Counted from the first letter of the stretch, positions 16,368-26,006 are shown. The stretch is DNA of 64,000 nucleotides from Acidimicrobiia bacterium (GCA_035468285.1 DATISY010000009.1:1134-65133); one strand, 5' to 3'. The notes: a model not told the origin generated them from the letters alone. Numbers and translations are program-made.

Positions 16368-17897
16368 GTGCCGGACTGGGGAGAGCTGCAGGTCGACCAG
16401 CTGCGCTTCATGGCCCGGGAGCACGCCGACGCGGTGGCGTACCGGAACCTCGACGCCGGCACCGCGATCACCTTCGCCGAGTGGGACGCGGCCTCGAACG
16501 CGTTGGCGCGAGGCCTGGCGGGGATGGGCGTCGGGAAGGGTGACCGGGTCTCGATCTACCTGCCGAGCGGCGAGGTCCTGCGGTGGATCGTCGCGTACGC
16601 CGCGATCCACAAGGCCGGTGCGGTCGTCGTCCCGACGAACACCCGCCTGACCGAACCCGAGCTCGCGGCGATCCTCAGCCACGCCGAGGCGTCGGTGCTC
16701 CTCACCGACGAGACCCTGGTGGGCGCGGCCCGGGCGGTCCGGTCCGACGTCGCCTCGCTCGGTCCGGTCGTCTGCGCCGGCGCCGTCGCGGCGGACGTGG
16801 TGGCGTGGGACACGGTTTCGGTGGCGGACACGAGCCCGTTCCAGGTCAAGGTCGATGTCAGCGATCTCGCGGACGTCATGTACACGTCGGGCACGACCGG
16901 GCTGCCGAAGGGAATCGCGGTGCGTCACGGCAACCTGGCGATGATCCCGAACCTCGAGCCAGCATGGACCGGCGAGGGTTGGATCCACGGCGCGCCGATG
17001 TTCACGTTCGCGGGGATCGCGTTCATCTACAACCCGATGAAGATGGGTCTGGTCGGGCTGTACCAGCCCCGGTTCGACGCGGGCCGCTGGCTCGAATACG
17101 TGGAGCGGGAACGGCCGTCCTTCTGCATGCTGGTCCCGGCGTACGCCGAGCTGATCGTGGCGCACCCCGAGTTCGCGACCCGGGACCTGTCCAGTCTCCG
17201 GTCGGTCTCGATCGGGAGCGCGCCCCTGGCACCCCAGACGCAGCTCACCTTGATCGAACGGCTCCCGGACGCGACCGTCGGGAACTCGTACGGCATGACG
17301 GAAGCGGGCCCTGCGTACATCGTGATGCCCAAGGAGGAGATCAGCAACCGGATCGGGTCGGTCGGCAAGCCCTTCGGCCCGATGGAGATCAAGATCGTCG
17401 ACGACGACGACCACGAGATGCCTGCACGGGAGATCGGCGAGCTCCTGCTGCGTATGCAGGGCAAACAGCGGGAGTACTACAAGAACGACGAGGCGACCGC
17501 GGCGACGTGGACGACCGACGGGTGGCTGCGCAGCGGCGACCTCGCGTACCTCGACGAAGACGGCTACCTCTATATCTGCGGCCGCAAGAAGGACATGATC
17601 ATCCGGGGTGGCAACAACATCTATGCGACCGACGTCGAAGCGGTCCTTCTCGAGCACCCGGACGTGCAGGAGGCCGCGGTCACCGGGGTGCCCCACCCGG
17701 TGCTGGGCGAGGACGTCGCGGCGTGGGTCGTGCCCCGAACCGACGGCGCGCTCGACCGTGACGAGCTCCGCGGGTTCGTCGCCGGGCGTCTCGCCGACTA
17801 CAAGCGGCCTCGCCAGCTGCACGTCGTCGAGAGCCTGCCTCGCAACGCGACCGGCAAGGTCATGAAGCACCGGCTCGAGGCGCCCCCGCCGCGGTGA
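16368..17897 (+). CDS. AMP-dependent acyl-CoA synthetase (canonical motifs)
   Basis: GTG 16368 chosen (the upstream part of the ORF overlaps the thiolase start region). P-loop 'MYTSGTTGLPKG', 'SYGMTE', 'LRSGDLAY', A10 'LPRNATGKVMKHRL'. Confidence 0.9.
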   Translation: MPDWGELQVDQLRFMAREHADAVAYRNLDAGTAITFAEWDAASNALARGLAGMGVGKGDRVSIYLPSGEVLRWIVAYAAIHKAGAVVVPTNTRLTEPELAAILSHAEASVLLTDETLVGAARAVRSDVASLGPVVCAGAVAADVVAWDTVSVADTSPFQVKVDVSDLADVMYTSGTTGLPKGIAVRHGNLAMIPNLEPAWTGEGWIHGAPMFTFAGIAFIYNPMKMGLVGLYQPRFDAGRWLEYVERERPSFCMLVPAYAELIVAHPEFATRDLSSLRSVSIGSAPLAPQTQLTLIERLPDATVGNSYGMTEAGPAYIVMPKEEISNRIGSVGKPFGPMEIKIVDDDDHEMPAREIGELLLRMQGKQREYYKNDEATAATWTTDGWLRSGDLAYLDEDGYLYICGRKKDMIIRGGNNIYATDVEAVLLEHPDVQEAAVTGVPHPVLGEDVAAWVVPRTDGALDRDELRGFVAGRLADYKRPRQLHVVESLPRNATGKVMKHRLEAPPPR

Positions 17898-17975
17898 CGG
17901 GCCACCGACGGCCCTCACCCCGAGCGTCGGTGCTGCCCGCGGCTACCGTCACGCAACCGAAGGAGGCAGGCCGTC

Positions 17976-18434
17976 GTGGCACTCACCGAACTCAAAGGCC
18001 AGACCGGGGGGACCCAGCGGGTCGTGATCGAGCGGGGCCCCGTGCGGGTCTTCGCCGAGGCGCTCGGGGACCCGGACGACGCCTACCGCCAGGACCATGC
18101 CCCGGTCCCGCCCACGTTCCCGTTCGTCATGTCGTACTGGGGATCCCTGGGCACCGGGGGCGCGGCGGGTCTGCCGATCGAGAAGCTGCGCGGCCCGGGC
18201 CGGGCGATCCTCCACGGCGAGCAGGCATTCGAGTACCACCGTTGGCCCGAGGTCGGCGACGTCCTCGAGGGGACGACGACGATCACCGACGTGTACGAGA
18301 AGGAACGCTCGAACGGCGGCAAGCTCGAGTTCTACGTCACCGAGACCGAGTGGAAGGACGCCACGACGCAGGACCCGGTGGTGACCGCGGTGTTCACGCT
18401 CGTCATCAACGTCCGGCCCCCGAAAGCCGACTGA
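17976..18434 (+). CDS. MaoC_dehydrat_N (FAS1-like) hotdog dehydratase subunit
   Basis: 152 aa. 'FAEALGDPDDAYR...PVPPTFPFV...LHGEQAFEYHRWPEVGDVL' resembles HadA/ChsH1-type N-terminal hotdog subunits. No partner subunit gene is adjacent. Confidence 0.7.
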   Translation: MALTELKGQTGGTQRVVIERGPVRVFAEALGDPDDAYRQDHAPVPPTFPFVMSYWGSLGTGGAAGLPIEKLRGPGRAILHGEQAFEYHRWPEVGDVLEGTTTITDVYEKERSNGGKLEFYVTETEWKDATTQDPVVTAVFTLVINVRPPKAD

Positions 18435-18450
18435 GTCGCGCCGGACCGGG

Positions 18451-19614
18451 TCAGGGGCGGAGCAGGAACTCCACGTTGTCCGCGAACAGGCCCCGGTCGG
18501 CGTCCAGGTCGCAGCGCGCCGCCCGGTAGTCCCCCAGCGGGTCCGCGGTGCCCTCGGAGTGCGGCCAGTCGCTGCAGGCCATGAAGAGGTCCCCGACCTC
18601 GTGGGCGAGGTGGACGGGCCGCTCGTAGGAGAACGCCGCGACGCGCACCTGGCGGCGCACGTACTCGCTCGGACGGAGCGACAGGTCGGTGAGGGCGGTG
18701 CCGTTGAGCCGGCGGGTGAAGTCGTGGCCGCCGTCCAGGAACATGAGGAACATCGGCAGCCAGACGGCCGAGAGCTCCATGACCCCGACGCGCAGGTCGG
18801 GATGGCGCTCGAAGACGCCGTTCAGCACGAGGTCGGCGATCGCGACCGCCGCGGGCACCCACCAGAACACCGAGGTGAGCACGGGCAGCGACGGATCGGG
18901 GTCCGACTCGTACCAGGCGTCGCCGAACGGGCGGGTCTGGTTCGCGACGTGGAACACGGGTGTGACCCCGTGCGCGAGGAACGCGTGCCAGGCCCGATCG
19001 AACGCGGGGTCCGACAGGGCGCGGCCGTCCACGAGACCCGGGGCGACCATCGCGGCGCGCACGCCGCCGGCACCGAGGTTCCGAAGCTCGGTCTCGAGCC
19101 AGTCCAGGTCCCGCAACGTGACGTGGCCGACCGGGTGCAACCGGCCCCGGCCGTCGTGAGCGACCTCGACCGCCCAGCGGTTCCAGGCCCGCAGGTTGGC
19201 GCGCGTCGCGGGGAGGTCGGCGGCCAGCTCACGTTCCCAGAGCAGCCCGTAGTTCGGGAAACACACCGCGGCGTCGACGCCGAGCTGATCGAGGCGGCCG
19301 AGTCGAGCCGTCGGGTCCCAGAAGTCCGCTGGCAGCGCCTCGTCGTAGCGGCGCCGGGGCGGGTCACCGGCGCGCGCACGGCGCTGCTGATCGCCGACGT
19401 CGTCGGGCTCCCCGGGGATCGTCACGTGCGCCAAGCCGATCCGCTGGTCGTGCCACCGCAGCCAGGCGTTGCCGGCGGCGTCGTCGACGATCGCCAGCAT
19501 GCGGTCCCGGTCGGCGGGGTCGCCATACTCGGCCCACAGGTTGCGCGGCTCAAACAGGTGCTGGTCGGCGTCGACGACGGTCACTGCCCTATCGTGCCAC
19601 TCCCTGACATCCAT
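18451..19614 (-). CDS. Amidohydrolase-2 (PF04909-like) metal-dependent hydrolase/decarboxylase family protein
   Basis: 'VVDADQHLFEP' N-terminal metal motif. Start set to ATG 19614 (MDVREW) because the ORF's upstream starts (19659/19635) overlap the divergent VOC gene. Confidence 0.8.
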   Translation of the reverse strand: MDVREWHDRAVTVVDADQHLFEPRNLWAEYGDPADRDRMLAIVDDAAGNAWLRWHDQRIGLAHVTIPGEPDDVGDQQRRARAGDPPRRRYDEALPADFWDPTARLGRLDQLGVDAAVCFPNYGLLWERELAADLPATRANLRAWNRWAVEVAHDGRGRLHPVGHVTLRDLDWLETELRNLGAGGVRAAMVAPGLVDGRALSDPAFDRAWHAFLAHGVTPVFHVANQTRPFGDAWYESDPDPSLPVLTSVFWWVPAAVAIADLVLNGVFERHPDLRVGVMELSAVWLPMFLMFLDGGHDFTRRLNGTALTDLSLRPSEYVRRQVRVAAFSYERPVHLAHEVGDLFMACSDWPHSEGTADPLGDYRAARCDLDADRGLFADNVEFLLRP

Positions 19615-19641
19615 GTCAGGGCCGTGTGGGAGCATGCGCGC

Positions 19642-20082
19642 ATGGCGGTCTTCAACCATCTGGGACAGTGCGTCGCCGACTTGGCGAGATCGCGACGGTT
19701 CTACGAGCAGGTCCTCGGCTTCGAGTTCTGGCGGGAGATCGCCCCGCCCGACTCACCGTCGGACCGGCTGCTGCGCCTCTCCCCGCCGATCGGGATGACG
19801 GCGTGCTACCTACGCCGCGACGGTCTCGTGCTCGAGCTGTTGGCGTTCGCGGGCGATCGGGCGCGGCCCGTACCCGGGCAGGCGCGGCGTATGAACGACC
19901 TCGGGTTGACCCATATCTCGGTGTCGGTCGACGATCTCGACGCGACGTGTCGCGCGGTCGCGGCGAACGGCGGTGAGGTTCTCGACGACACCAACATCGG
20001 TGCCGCAGTCTTCGTACGCGACCCCGACGGGCAGCTGATCGAGCTGCTGCCGATGAGCTACCGGGCATCGATCGAGTCGTGA
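19642..20082 (+). CDS. VOC (glyoxalase/bleomycin-resistance/dioxygenase) family protein
   Basis: 'FNHLGQCVADLARSRRFYEQVLGF...GLTHISVSVDDLDA...DPDGQLIELL' paired beta-alpha-beta-beta-beta signature. Its 3' end overlaps the next start by 4 nt. Confidence 0.8.
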   Translation: MAVFNHLGQCVADLARSRRFYEQVLGFEFWREIAPPDSPSDRLLRLSPPIGMTACYLRRDGLVLELLAFAGDRARPVPGQARRMNDLGLTHISVSVDDLDATCRAVAANGGEVLDDTNIGAAVFVRDPDGQLIELLPMSYRASIES

Positions 20083-21626
20083 CGACCGATCTCCTGCACG
20101 CCCTCACCCTCGGTGACGTCCTGCGGGAACACGCGCGGAGCCGACCGAGACAGGTCGCGGCCGTCGACGGTGAGACGCGACTCGACTACCGGACGCTCGA
20201 CGGCCGGGTAAACCAGCTCGCCGACCGGCTGGAGACCGCCGGCGTCGCGAGCGGGGAGCGGGTCTGCTGGCTGGGTCAGAACTCCTTCCGGCTGCTCGAG
20301 GCGCTCCTCGCGGCAGCGAAGCTCGGTGCGATGTTCTGTCCCGTCAACTGGCGCCAGAGCCCCGCAGAGCTGACCTTCGTCGTCGACGACCTCGATCCCC
20401 GCGTGGTGCTCTGGCAGGAGGAGGAGGTCGGGGCGTCCATCGCGGAGGCCCGGCGCCAGGTGCGCGTCTCGCCCCTCTGGGTCGGTCACGACGACGACGG
20501 GCCCGACGGGTACGAGGCGTGGCGCGAAGCGGGCTCGCCGGAGGATCGGGAGCGTCCGGTCGGTGACGACGCGCCGCTCCTGATCGTGTACACCGCCGCG
20601 TTCGGCGGTGTACCCAACGGCGCCATGCTGAGCCATACCGCCTGCATCAGCCAAGGGCTCGTGTACGGGCACTTCACGGCCACGTCGGCGTCAGACGTGT
20701 ACCTCAACAGCGGTCCCCTGTTTCACCTCGGGACGCTGATGCACCTGCTCGCGACCTTCGTGGCGGGTGGCACGAACGTGTTCGTGCCCCGCGTCGACGC
20801 GTCGCTGGTCTGCGCGGTGATCGACCGGGAGCGCTGCACCGGCGCGTTCGTGGTCGGTCCCATGTTCGAGGAGCTCCTCGCGGTCAACGAGGACGGCCGC
20901 TACGACCTGTCGAGCCTGCGGACACCCCGGGGCCGGCCCGACTGGGACGCAGCGACCAGCCCCGACCCGAGCCCGTGGGCGGCCCGCCCCGGCGGCTACG
21001 GGCAGACCGAGGCGGTCGGGATGATGACGTTCAACTGCCTCGGTGTCGACGCCGACGGCACCCACGGTCGCCCGTCACCGCTCGTGCAGATCCGGGTCGT
21101 CGACGACGCCGGCCGGGACGTGCCCGACGGGGAAGTCGGGGAGCTCGTCGCCCGGGGTCCCACCATCATGTGCGGCTACTGGAACCGTCCGGAGGAGAAC
21201 GCCCGCCGTCACCGCGACGGCTGGCATCACACCCACGACCTCGGCCGACGTGAGCCGGACGGGTCCCTCACCTTCATCGGGCCCAAGACGCGCATGATCA
21301 AGTCCGCCGCCGAGAACATCTATCCCGCGGAGGTCGAACGGTGCGTGGCGTCGCACCCCGCGGTGGCCGAGTGCGCGGTCATCGGGGTCCCGGACCCACG
21401 GTGGGTGCAAAGCGTCAAGGCCGTCGTGGTGCTGCGCGACGGCGAGTCCGTCACCGCCGATGACCTCGTGGAGCACTGCCGGGCCCGGATCGCGCCGTAC
21501 AAGAAGCCCCGCTCCGTGGAGTTCGTCGACGTTCTCCCCCGGGTCGGCTTCGCGGTCGACTACGACGCCCTCGACGTGCGCTTCGGAGGCGGGAGCTATC
21601 CCGGCGGGCATACCCGCAGCGCGTGA
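20079..21626 (+). CDS. ANL-superfamily adenylate-forming enzyme homologue with degenerate catalytic motifs
   Basis: Overall ACS architecture ('GGYGQTE' retained). However the P-loop is 'VYTAAFGGVPNG', the hinge is 'HTHDLG' instead of xTGDLG, and the C-terminus 'LPRVGFAVDYDAL' lacks the A10 Lys. Confidence 0.8.
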   Translation: MTTDLLHALTLGDVLREHARSRPRQVAAVDGETRLDYRTLDGRVNQLADRLETAGVASGERVCWLGQNSFRLLEALLAAAKLGAMFCPVNWRQSPAELTFVVDDLDPRVVLWQEEEVGASIAEARRQVRVSPLWVGHDDDGPDGYEAWREAGSPEDRERPVGDDAPLLIVYTAAFGGVPNGAMLSHTACISQGLVYGHFTATSASDVYLNSGPLFHLGTLMHLLATFVAGGTNVFVPRVDASLVCAVIDRERCTGAFVVGPMFEELLAVNEDGRYDLSSLRTPRGRPDWDAATSPDPSPWAARPGGYGQTEAVGMMTFNCLGVDADGTHGRPSPLVQIRVVDDAGRDVPDGEVGELVARGPTIMCGYWNRPEENARRHRDGWHHTHDLGRREPDGSLTFIGPKTRMIKSAAENIYPAEVERCVASHPAVAECAVIGVPDPRWVQSVKAVVVLRDGESVTADDLVEHCRARIAPYKKPRSVEFVDVLPRVGFAVDYDALDVRFGGGSYPGGHTRSA

Positions 21627-22381
21627 GCGGCCCCTGGCGCGGCGGCGCGTACCGGCGACGGATCCGGGTCGTGATCGACGCTCCCGGGTCCGTGGCCGGG
21701 GGTCTCGAGGACGACTTCCACTACTTCGAGGTCCAGCTCCGCCACGACGGCACCCAGGTCACCGCCGCGGACGCGACGTCGCGCCGCTGGCCGTGGACGA
21801 CGTGCCCCGGCGCGGCCGAGCCACTCCGGGCCCTGGCCGGGATGCCGCTCGCGCGTCGGTGCCTCGCGGTTGGAGACTGGACCGACCCGCGCCAGAACTG
21901 CACCCACATGTTCGACCTCGCCGGGCTGGCCGTGGCGCACGCGGCCCGGGGCGGCCCGGTCGGCACGACACGCCAGTACGACGTCGCGATCCCGTTCGGG
22001 GCCCAGAGTGGCCAGCGCACCACCGTCTCGCTGTCCCGGGACGGCGAGCCGGGGTTGGCGTGGACCCTCGAGGGTATGGCGTGCGTCGACCCCCCGCCGT
22101 ACAGCGAGGTCCGGTGGCGCGGTGGGTTCCTCCGCTGGGCCGACGAGGCGCTCGAGCCCGACGTCGCCGAGGCGGCGATCGTCTTGCGGCGCGCCTGTGA
22201 CATCGGGATGGGGCGGGGCATGGACCTCGACGCGATCCCGCACGCGGTCGACATCCTCGACACCCAGGGTCGCATCTGCCACACCATGCAGCCCGGGGTG
22301 GTCGAGGTGGCGCACCGGAACCGGGGCACCACCCGGGACTATGACGGCCGCGTCGACGAGATGCTCGCCGACGGCCCGTGA
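21623..22381 (+). CDS. DUF2889-like protein
   Basis: GTGA overlap with the preceding gene. Motifs 'LEDDFHYFEV', 'RWPWTTCPGA', 'NCTHMFDLAGLA' match my memory of DUF2889. High third-position GC. Confidence 0.6.
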   Translation: MSGPWRGGAYRRRIRVVIDAPGSVAGGLEDDFHYFEVQLRHDGTQVTAADATSRRWPWTTCPGAAEPLRALAGMPLARRCLAVGDWTDPRQNCTHMFDLAGLAVAHAARGGPVGTTRQYDVAIPFGAQSGQRTTVSLSRDGEPGLAWTLEGMACVDPPPYSEVRWRGGFLRWADEALEPDVAEAAIVLRRACDIGMGRGMDLDAIPHAVDILDTQGRICHTMQPGVVEVAHRNRGTTRDYDGRVDEMLADGP

Positions 22382-22383
22382 CG

Positions 22384-23223
22384 TCAGGCCAGGTGCTCGC
22401 CTGCGAAGCGACGCAGGCCGTCCACCGCCTCGCGCGACCGAGCCCAGGGCGCGACGATCAGGCGTGTCACGCCGAGCTCGGCCCAGCGGTCGACATCGGC
22501 CGACGAGGCGACCGGACCACCGAGGCAGAACTCGAACGCTGAGGCGTCGCGTCCCGCCTCTGCGAGCAGGTCGCGCAGCGCGCTGATCTGACGGGCACCC
22601 GACTCGAAGTCGTGGTTCATCCCGATCCAGCCGTCACCCAGCCGGGCGGCCCGGCGCAGCGCGGCGCGACTCTCACCGCCGACCACGATCGGCGGCGCCG
22701 GCCGCTGGCGCGGCTTGGGCTCGAACACGACGCCGTCGAAGGAGAAGAACTCGCCGTGGTGGGAGACCTCGTCCTCGGTCCACAGCCGGCGGCACACCTC
22801 CAGCGCCTCGTCGACCCGGCGGCCGCGGGTGTGGAAGTCCAGCTCGGCGGCGTCCCACTCCTCTTCGAGCCAGCTGGCGCCGACCCCGAACTCGACCCGG
22901 CCGTCGGACACGATGTCGACGGTTTGCACGGCCCGCGCCGCGACGAACGGATGGCGCAGCCCGATGTTGTACACGTGGGTGCCGAGCCGCACCCGCTCGG
23001 TGCGACCGGCTAGGTACGCCAGGTAGGCGAACGCGTCGAAGATCGGGGTCGTCGGAGGAACGGGGGGATGCTCCTCACCCGGGTGCGGTGAGCGGCTCAT
23101 GCGGGTGGTGAACACCAGGTGCTCCGGGAGCCACACCGACTCGTAGCCGAGCCGGTCGGCTTCGACCGAGCAGGCCTCGAAGAACGCCGGGTTGAGCCGG
23201 CCGAGCGCGATCCCGAACTTCAT
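22384..23223 (-). CDS. LLM-class (luciferase-like) F420-dependent oxidoreductase
   Basis: Start at ATG 23223 (MKFGIALG). 'ADRLGYESVWLPEHL', 'DIVSDGRVEFGVGASW', 'GDGWIG' are typical of the actinobacterial Rv2161c-like LLM group. Confidence 0.85.
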   Translation of the reverse strand: MKFGIALGRLNPAFFEACSVEADRLGYESVWLPEHLVFTTRMSRSPHPGEEHPPVPPTTPIFDAFAYLAYLAGRTERVRLGTHVYNIGLRHPFVAARAVQTVDIVSDGRVEFGVGASWLEEEWDAAELDFHTRGRRVDEALEVCRRLWTEDEVSHHGEFFSFDGVVFEPKPRQRPAPPIVVGGESRAALRRAARLGDGWIGMNHDFESGARQISALRDLLAEAGRDASAFEFCLGGPVASSADVDRWAELGVTRLIVAPWARSREAVDGLRRFAGEHLA

Positions 23224-23251
23224 CGTGGCCTCCGGGCCCCGCACCGGGCCG

Positions 23252-24037
23252 TCATGTGGCGTGCGTGATGTACTGGCCGTCGGGATGGCGGTGCCAGCCG
23301 CCCGCGGCGAGGTTGCCGCCGTCGACGTGGATCGTGGTGCCGGTCACGAAGCGGCTCAGGTCGCTGGCGAGGAACACCGCGCAGCCGGCGACGTCGTCGA
23401 CGTGACCCGGGATCGGGAGCGGGGTGTGGACCCCGACGGTTCCGACGCCCGGGGTGGGGATCACGTCGGGCGCGATGCAGTTGACCCGGATCATGCGGGG
23501 ACCGAGCTCCAACGCCAGGCTCATGGTCAGGTTGGTGACCGCGGCCTTCATCGCCGAGTACACCGCGTAGCCCGGAGCGGCCCGGTGCGCCTCGATGGAC
23601 GTGAGGTTCACGATGGAGCCACCCCGCTCCCCCATCGTCGCGGTCACGGGCCGCACGAAGTTCGTGACGCTCCCGAAGTTCTCCCGCACCAGCGCGTCTT
23701 GGCCTTTCGCGTTCACGTTCACGAAGTCAGCGAAGAAGCCGCCTCCCGCGTTGTTGACGAGGATGTCGACCGGACCCAGCTCCTGGGTCACCGTGCCGAC
23801 GAAGTCGCGACAGGCGTCCTCGTCGCGGACGTCGAGCTCGGCGGCCACGACCCGCCGTCCGGCGGCTTCGATCCCGTCGGCGGTCGCGTCGAGCTGCTCG
23901 ACGTCCCGGTCGCAGATCGCGACGTGGGCCCCGAAGCGGGCGAACGCGAGGCCGATGGCCTCGCCGATGCCGACCGCGGCGCCGGTGACGATCGCGACCC
24001 GGTCAGTCAGGAGCACGGCGGACGGGTCCAGGGTCAC
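23252..24037 (-). CDS. SDR family oxidoreductase
   Basis: 'VAIVTGAAVGIGEA' Rossmann motif, 'NNAGG', catalytic 'YSAMKAAV'. Confidence 0.9.
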   Translation of the reverse strand: MTLDPSAVLLTDRVAIVTGAAVGIGEAIGLAFARFGAHVAICDRDVEQLDATADGIEAAGRRVVAAELDVRDEDACRDFVGTVTQELGPVDILVNNAGGGFFADFVNVNAKGQDALVRENFGSVTNFVRPVTATMGERGGSIVNLTSIEAHRAAPGYAVYSAMKAAVTNLTMSLALELGPRMIRVNCIAPDVIPTPGVGTVGVHTPLPIPGHVDDVAGCAVFLASDLSRFVTGTTIHVDGGNLAAGGWHRHPDGQYITHAT

Positions 24038-24069
24038 GGCGCGGGACAGTACCGGGCTCGGCCATTAGC

Positions 24070-24861
24070 GTGAGATGGGTGAGTTACTCCATCGAAGGCA
24101 AGCATGTCCTCGTCACCGGAGCGTCATCAGGCATCGGCGCCGCGCTGGCCGAGGGGTTCGCCCAGCGGGGCGCGGTGGTCGGAATCTGCGCCCGGCGGGC
24201 CGACCGGCTCGCCGAGACCCTCCACCGACTCCAGGAGCACTCGCCGGATTCGAAGGCGTGGACGGTCGACCTCGCGGACCTGGACGCGATCGCCGGGTTC
24301 GCGGCTGAGGTCGAACAGGACCTCGGGGGTGTCGACGTGCTGGTGAACAACGCCGGGATCCCCAAGCGGCGCCACGGGACCCGCCTCGCTCCCGACGAGG
24401 TCGAGAGCGTCATGCGCATCAACTACTTCTCGCCGGTTCGTCTGACCCTGGCGTTGTTGCCTGGCCTGATCGACCGGTCGGGGCGGATCGTGAACATCTC
24501 GTCGGTCGCGGCTCGGCTCGGCCCACCGATCGAGGCGGCGTACGCCGCGAGCAAGGCGGCGATCACAGCATTCTCCGAATGCATGGCCGTCGACCTGCGG
24601 GACACCGACGTGCTCGTGCACGTCGTGAACCCGGGTGTGCTCGACACGGAGCTGTTCCACTTGCCTGACAACGAGCCCGGGTTCCACGAGTCGGTGGAGA
24701 TGCTGCCCGTCGACGCCATCGTCGAGCCAGTCCTCGCCCAGATCGACGAAGGCTCCTTCGAGGGCTACGTCCCCGATTGGTTCATGGAGATCGTCGCCGG
24801 CAAGTTCCGCGACCCGGACGCGTTCCTGAACGGCACGAAGGACTACGCCCGGTCCAAGTGA
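24070..24861 (+). CDS. SDR family oxidoreductase
   Basis: 'VLVTGASSGIGAALA', 'NNAGI', 'YAASKAAI'. Start is GTG 24070 or GTG 24079. Confidence 0.9.
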   Translation: MRWVSYSIEGKHVLVTGASSGIGAALAEGFAQRGAVVGICARRADRLAETLHRLQEHSPDSKAWTVDLADLDAIAGFAAEVEQDLGGVDVLVNNAGIPKRRHGTRLAPDEVESVMRINYFSPVRLTLALLPGLIDRSGRIVNISSVAARLGPPIEAAYAASKAAITAFSECMAVDLRDTDVLVHVVNPGVLDTELFHLPDNEPGFHESVEMLPVDAIVEPVLAQIDEGSFEGYVPDWFMEIVAGKFRDPDAFLNGTKDYARSK

Positions 24862-24879
24862 CCCGGCAGCGCGGTCGCG

Positions 24880-25665
24880 TCACTCCAAGAGGTCAGGCTG
24901 CTCCCGGACGATCGTGGCGTACAGCGGCGAGAAGCTGAAATAGCCGGCGACGTGGGAACCGACCTGGGGCTGGGTGTGGCGGGCCGCCTCCTCGGAGATC
25001 AGGACCGGGGTGCCGGCAGCCTCCGCGAGCAGCTGGGCCTGACAGGACCGCTCCATCGTGATGAACCACCAGACCGCTTCGTCGATCGACTGGCCGACGG
25101 TGAGCAGCCCGTGGTTGCGGAGGATCACAGCCTTCGAGTCGCCGAGAGCGTGCGCGATGCGCTTTCCCTCCTCGAGGTCGAGCACGACCCCGGTGTAGTC
25201 GTCGAAGAGGGCGTGGTCCCCGTAGAACGCGCACGCGTCCTGGGTCAGCGGATCGAGGAGGCGGCCGAGTGACGACCAGGCCTTGCCGTGCAGGGAGTGC
25301 GAGTGCGCTGCGGCGACGACGTCGGGTCGCGCCTCGTGCACCTGGGAGTGGATCGCGAACGCGGCGCGGTTCACGGGAGCGTTGCCTTCGACGACGTCCC
25401 CGCTTCGATCCACGCGGATGAGGTCTGAGACACGGATCTGCTTGAAGCTCATGCCGAACGGGTTGACCCAGAAGTGGTCGAGGTGCTCTGGGTCGCGGGC
25501 CGTGATGTGGCCGGCGACACCCTCGTCGAATCCGAACTTCCCGAACAGACGAAAGCCGGCCGCGAGCCGCTGCTTGCGGTGGAGGCGTTCCTCCTCGACC
25601 GTGTCGAACTTCGGCGGGTAGTCAGCGAACTGCCCGAGGGGCATGTCCGTCTCAGTGGTGGCCAT
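24880..25665 (-). CDS. Class II aldolase/adducin-domain protein
   Basis: Start ATG 25665 preceded by AGGAGGA. 'GHITARDP', 'AFAIHSQVHEARPDVVAAAHSHSLHGKAW', 'ILRNHGLLTVG' metal-His motifs. Confidence 0.85.
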   Translation of the reverse strand: MATTETDMPLGQFADYPPKFDTVEEERLHRKQRLAAGFRLFGKFGFDEGVAGHITARDPEHLDHFWVNPFGMSFKQIRVSDLIRVDRSGDVVEGNAPVNRAAFAIHSQVHEARPDVVAAAHSHSLHGKAWSSLGRLLDPLTQDACAFYGDHALFDDYTGVVLDLEEGKRIAHALGDSKAVILRNHGLLTVGQSIDEAVWWFITMERSCQAQLLAEAAGTPVLISEEAARHTQPQVGSHVAGYFSFSPLYATIVREQPDLLE

Positions 25666-25708
25666 GCGTGATCCTCCTGTGCTCAGTTCCGATGGTAGCG
25701 GTCGGCTC

Positions 25709-25999
25709 TCACGCTCCCGTCGGCTGCCCGGTGAGCTCCCCGGTCTCGTCGCGCAGCACGCGGCGGACGTCGCGCAGGAGGATCCGCCGTCCCGCGGGCC
25801 GCTGGACGTCGTAGCGCAGCCAGCAGCCGTCCGCCTTGAGGTCGGCGGCGGGCCCGGACGTGAACCCATGGAAGTGCAGGAAGGCGGCCGACCCTCGGGT
25901 GAACGTGCCGCGCCGCCGCTCGTGCAGCGGACCGATCGCCCGCAGCTGGGCGAGGAGCGGCTCGAGGCGGTCCAGGTCCTCGTCTCGGACTCGGCTCAC
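25709..25999 (-). CDS. Hypothetical protein (96 aa)
   Basis: GTG start with a 7-nt gap after the ALDH stop. Codon third positions are almost all G/C. No family recognised ('AAFLHFHGFTSGPAADLKADG'). Confidence 0.45.
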   Translation of the reverse strand: MSRVRDEDLDRLEPLLAQLRAIGPLHERRRGTFTRGSAAFLHFHGFTSGPAADLKADGCWLRYDVQRPAGRRILLRDVRRVLRDETGELTGQPTGA

Positions 26000-26006
26000 G
26001 AGCCCG

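Noticed and set aside
24857-24884. Inverted repeat agtgac...gtcact between convergent SDR and aldolase genes as a terminator.
   Set aside because: The stem is only 6 bp with a 16-nt loop, and both arms overlap the two stop codons. It is too weak to call.
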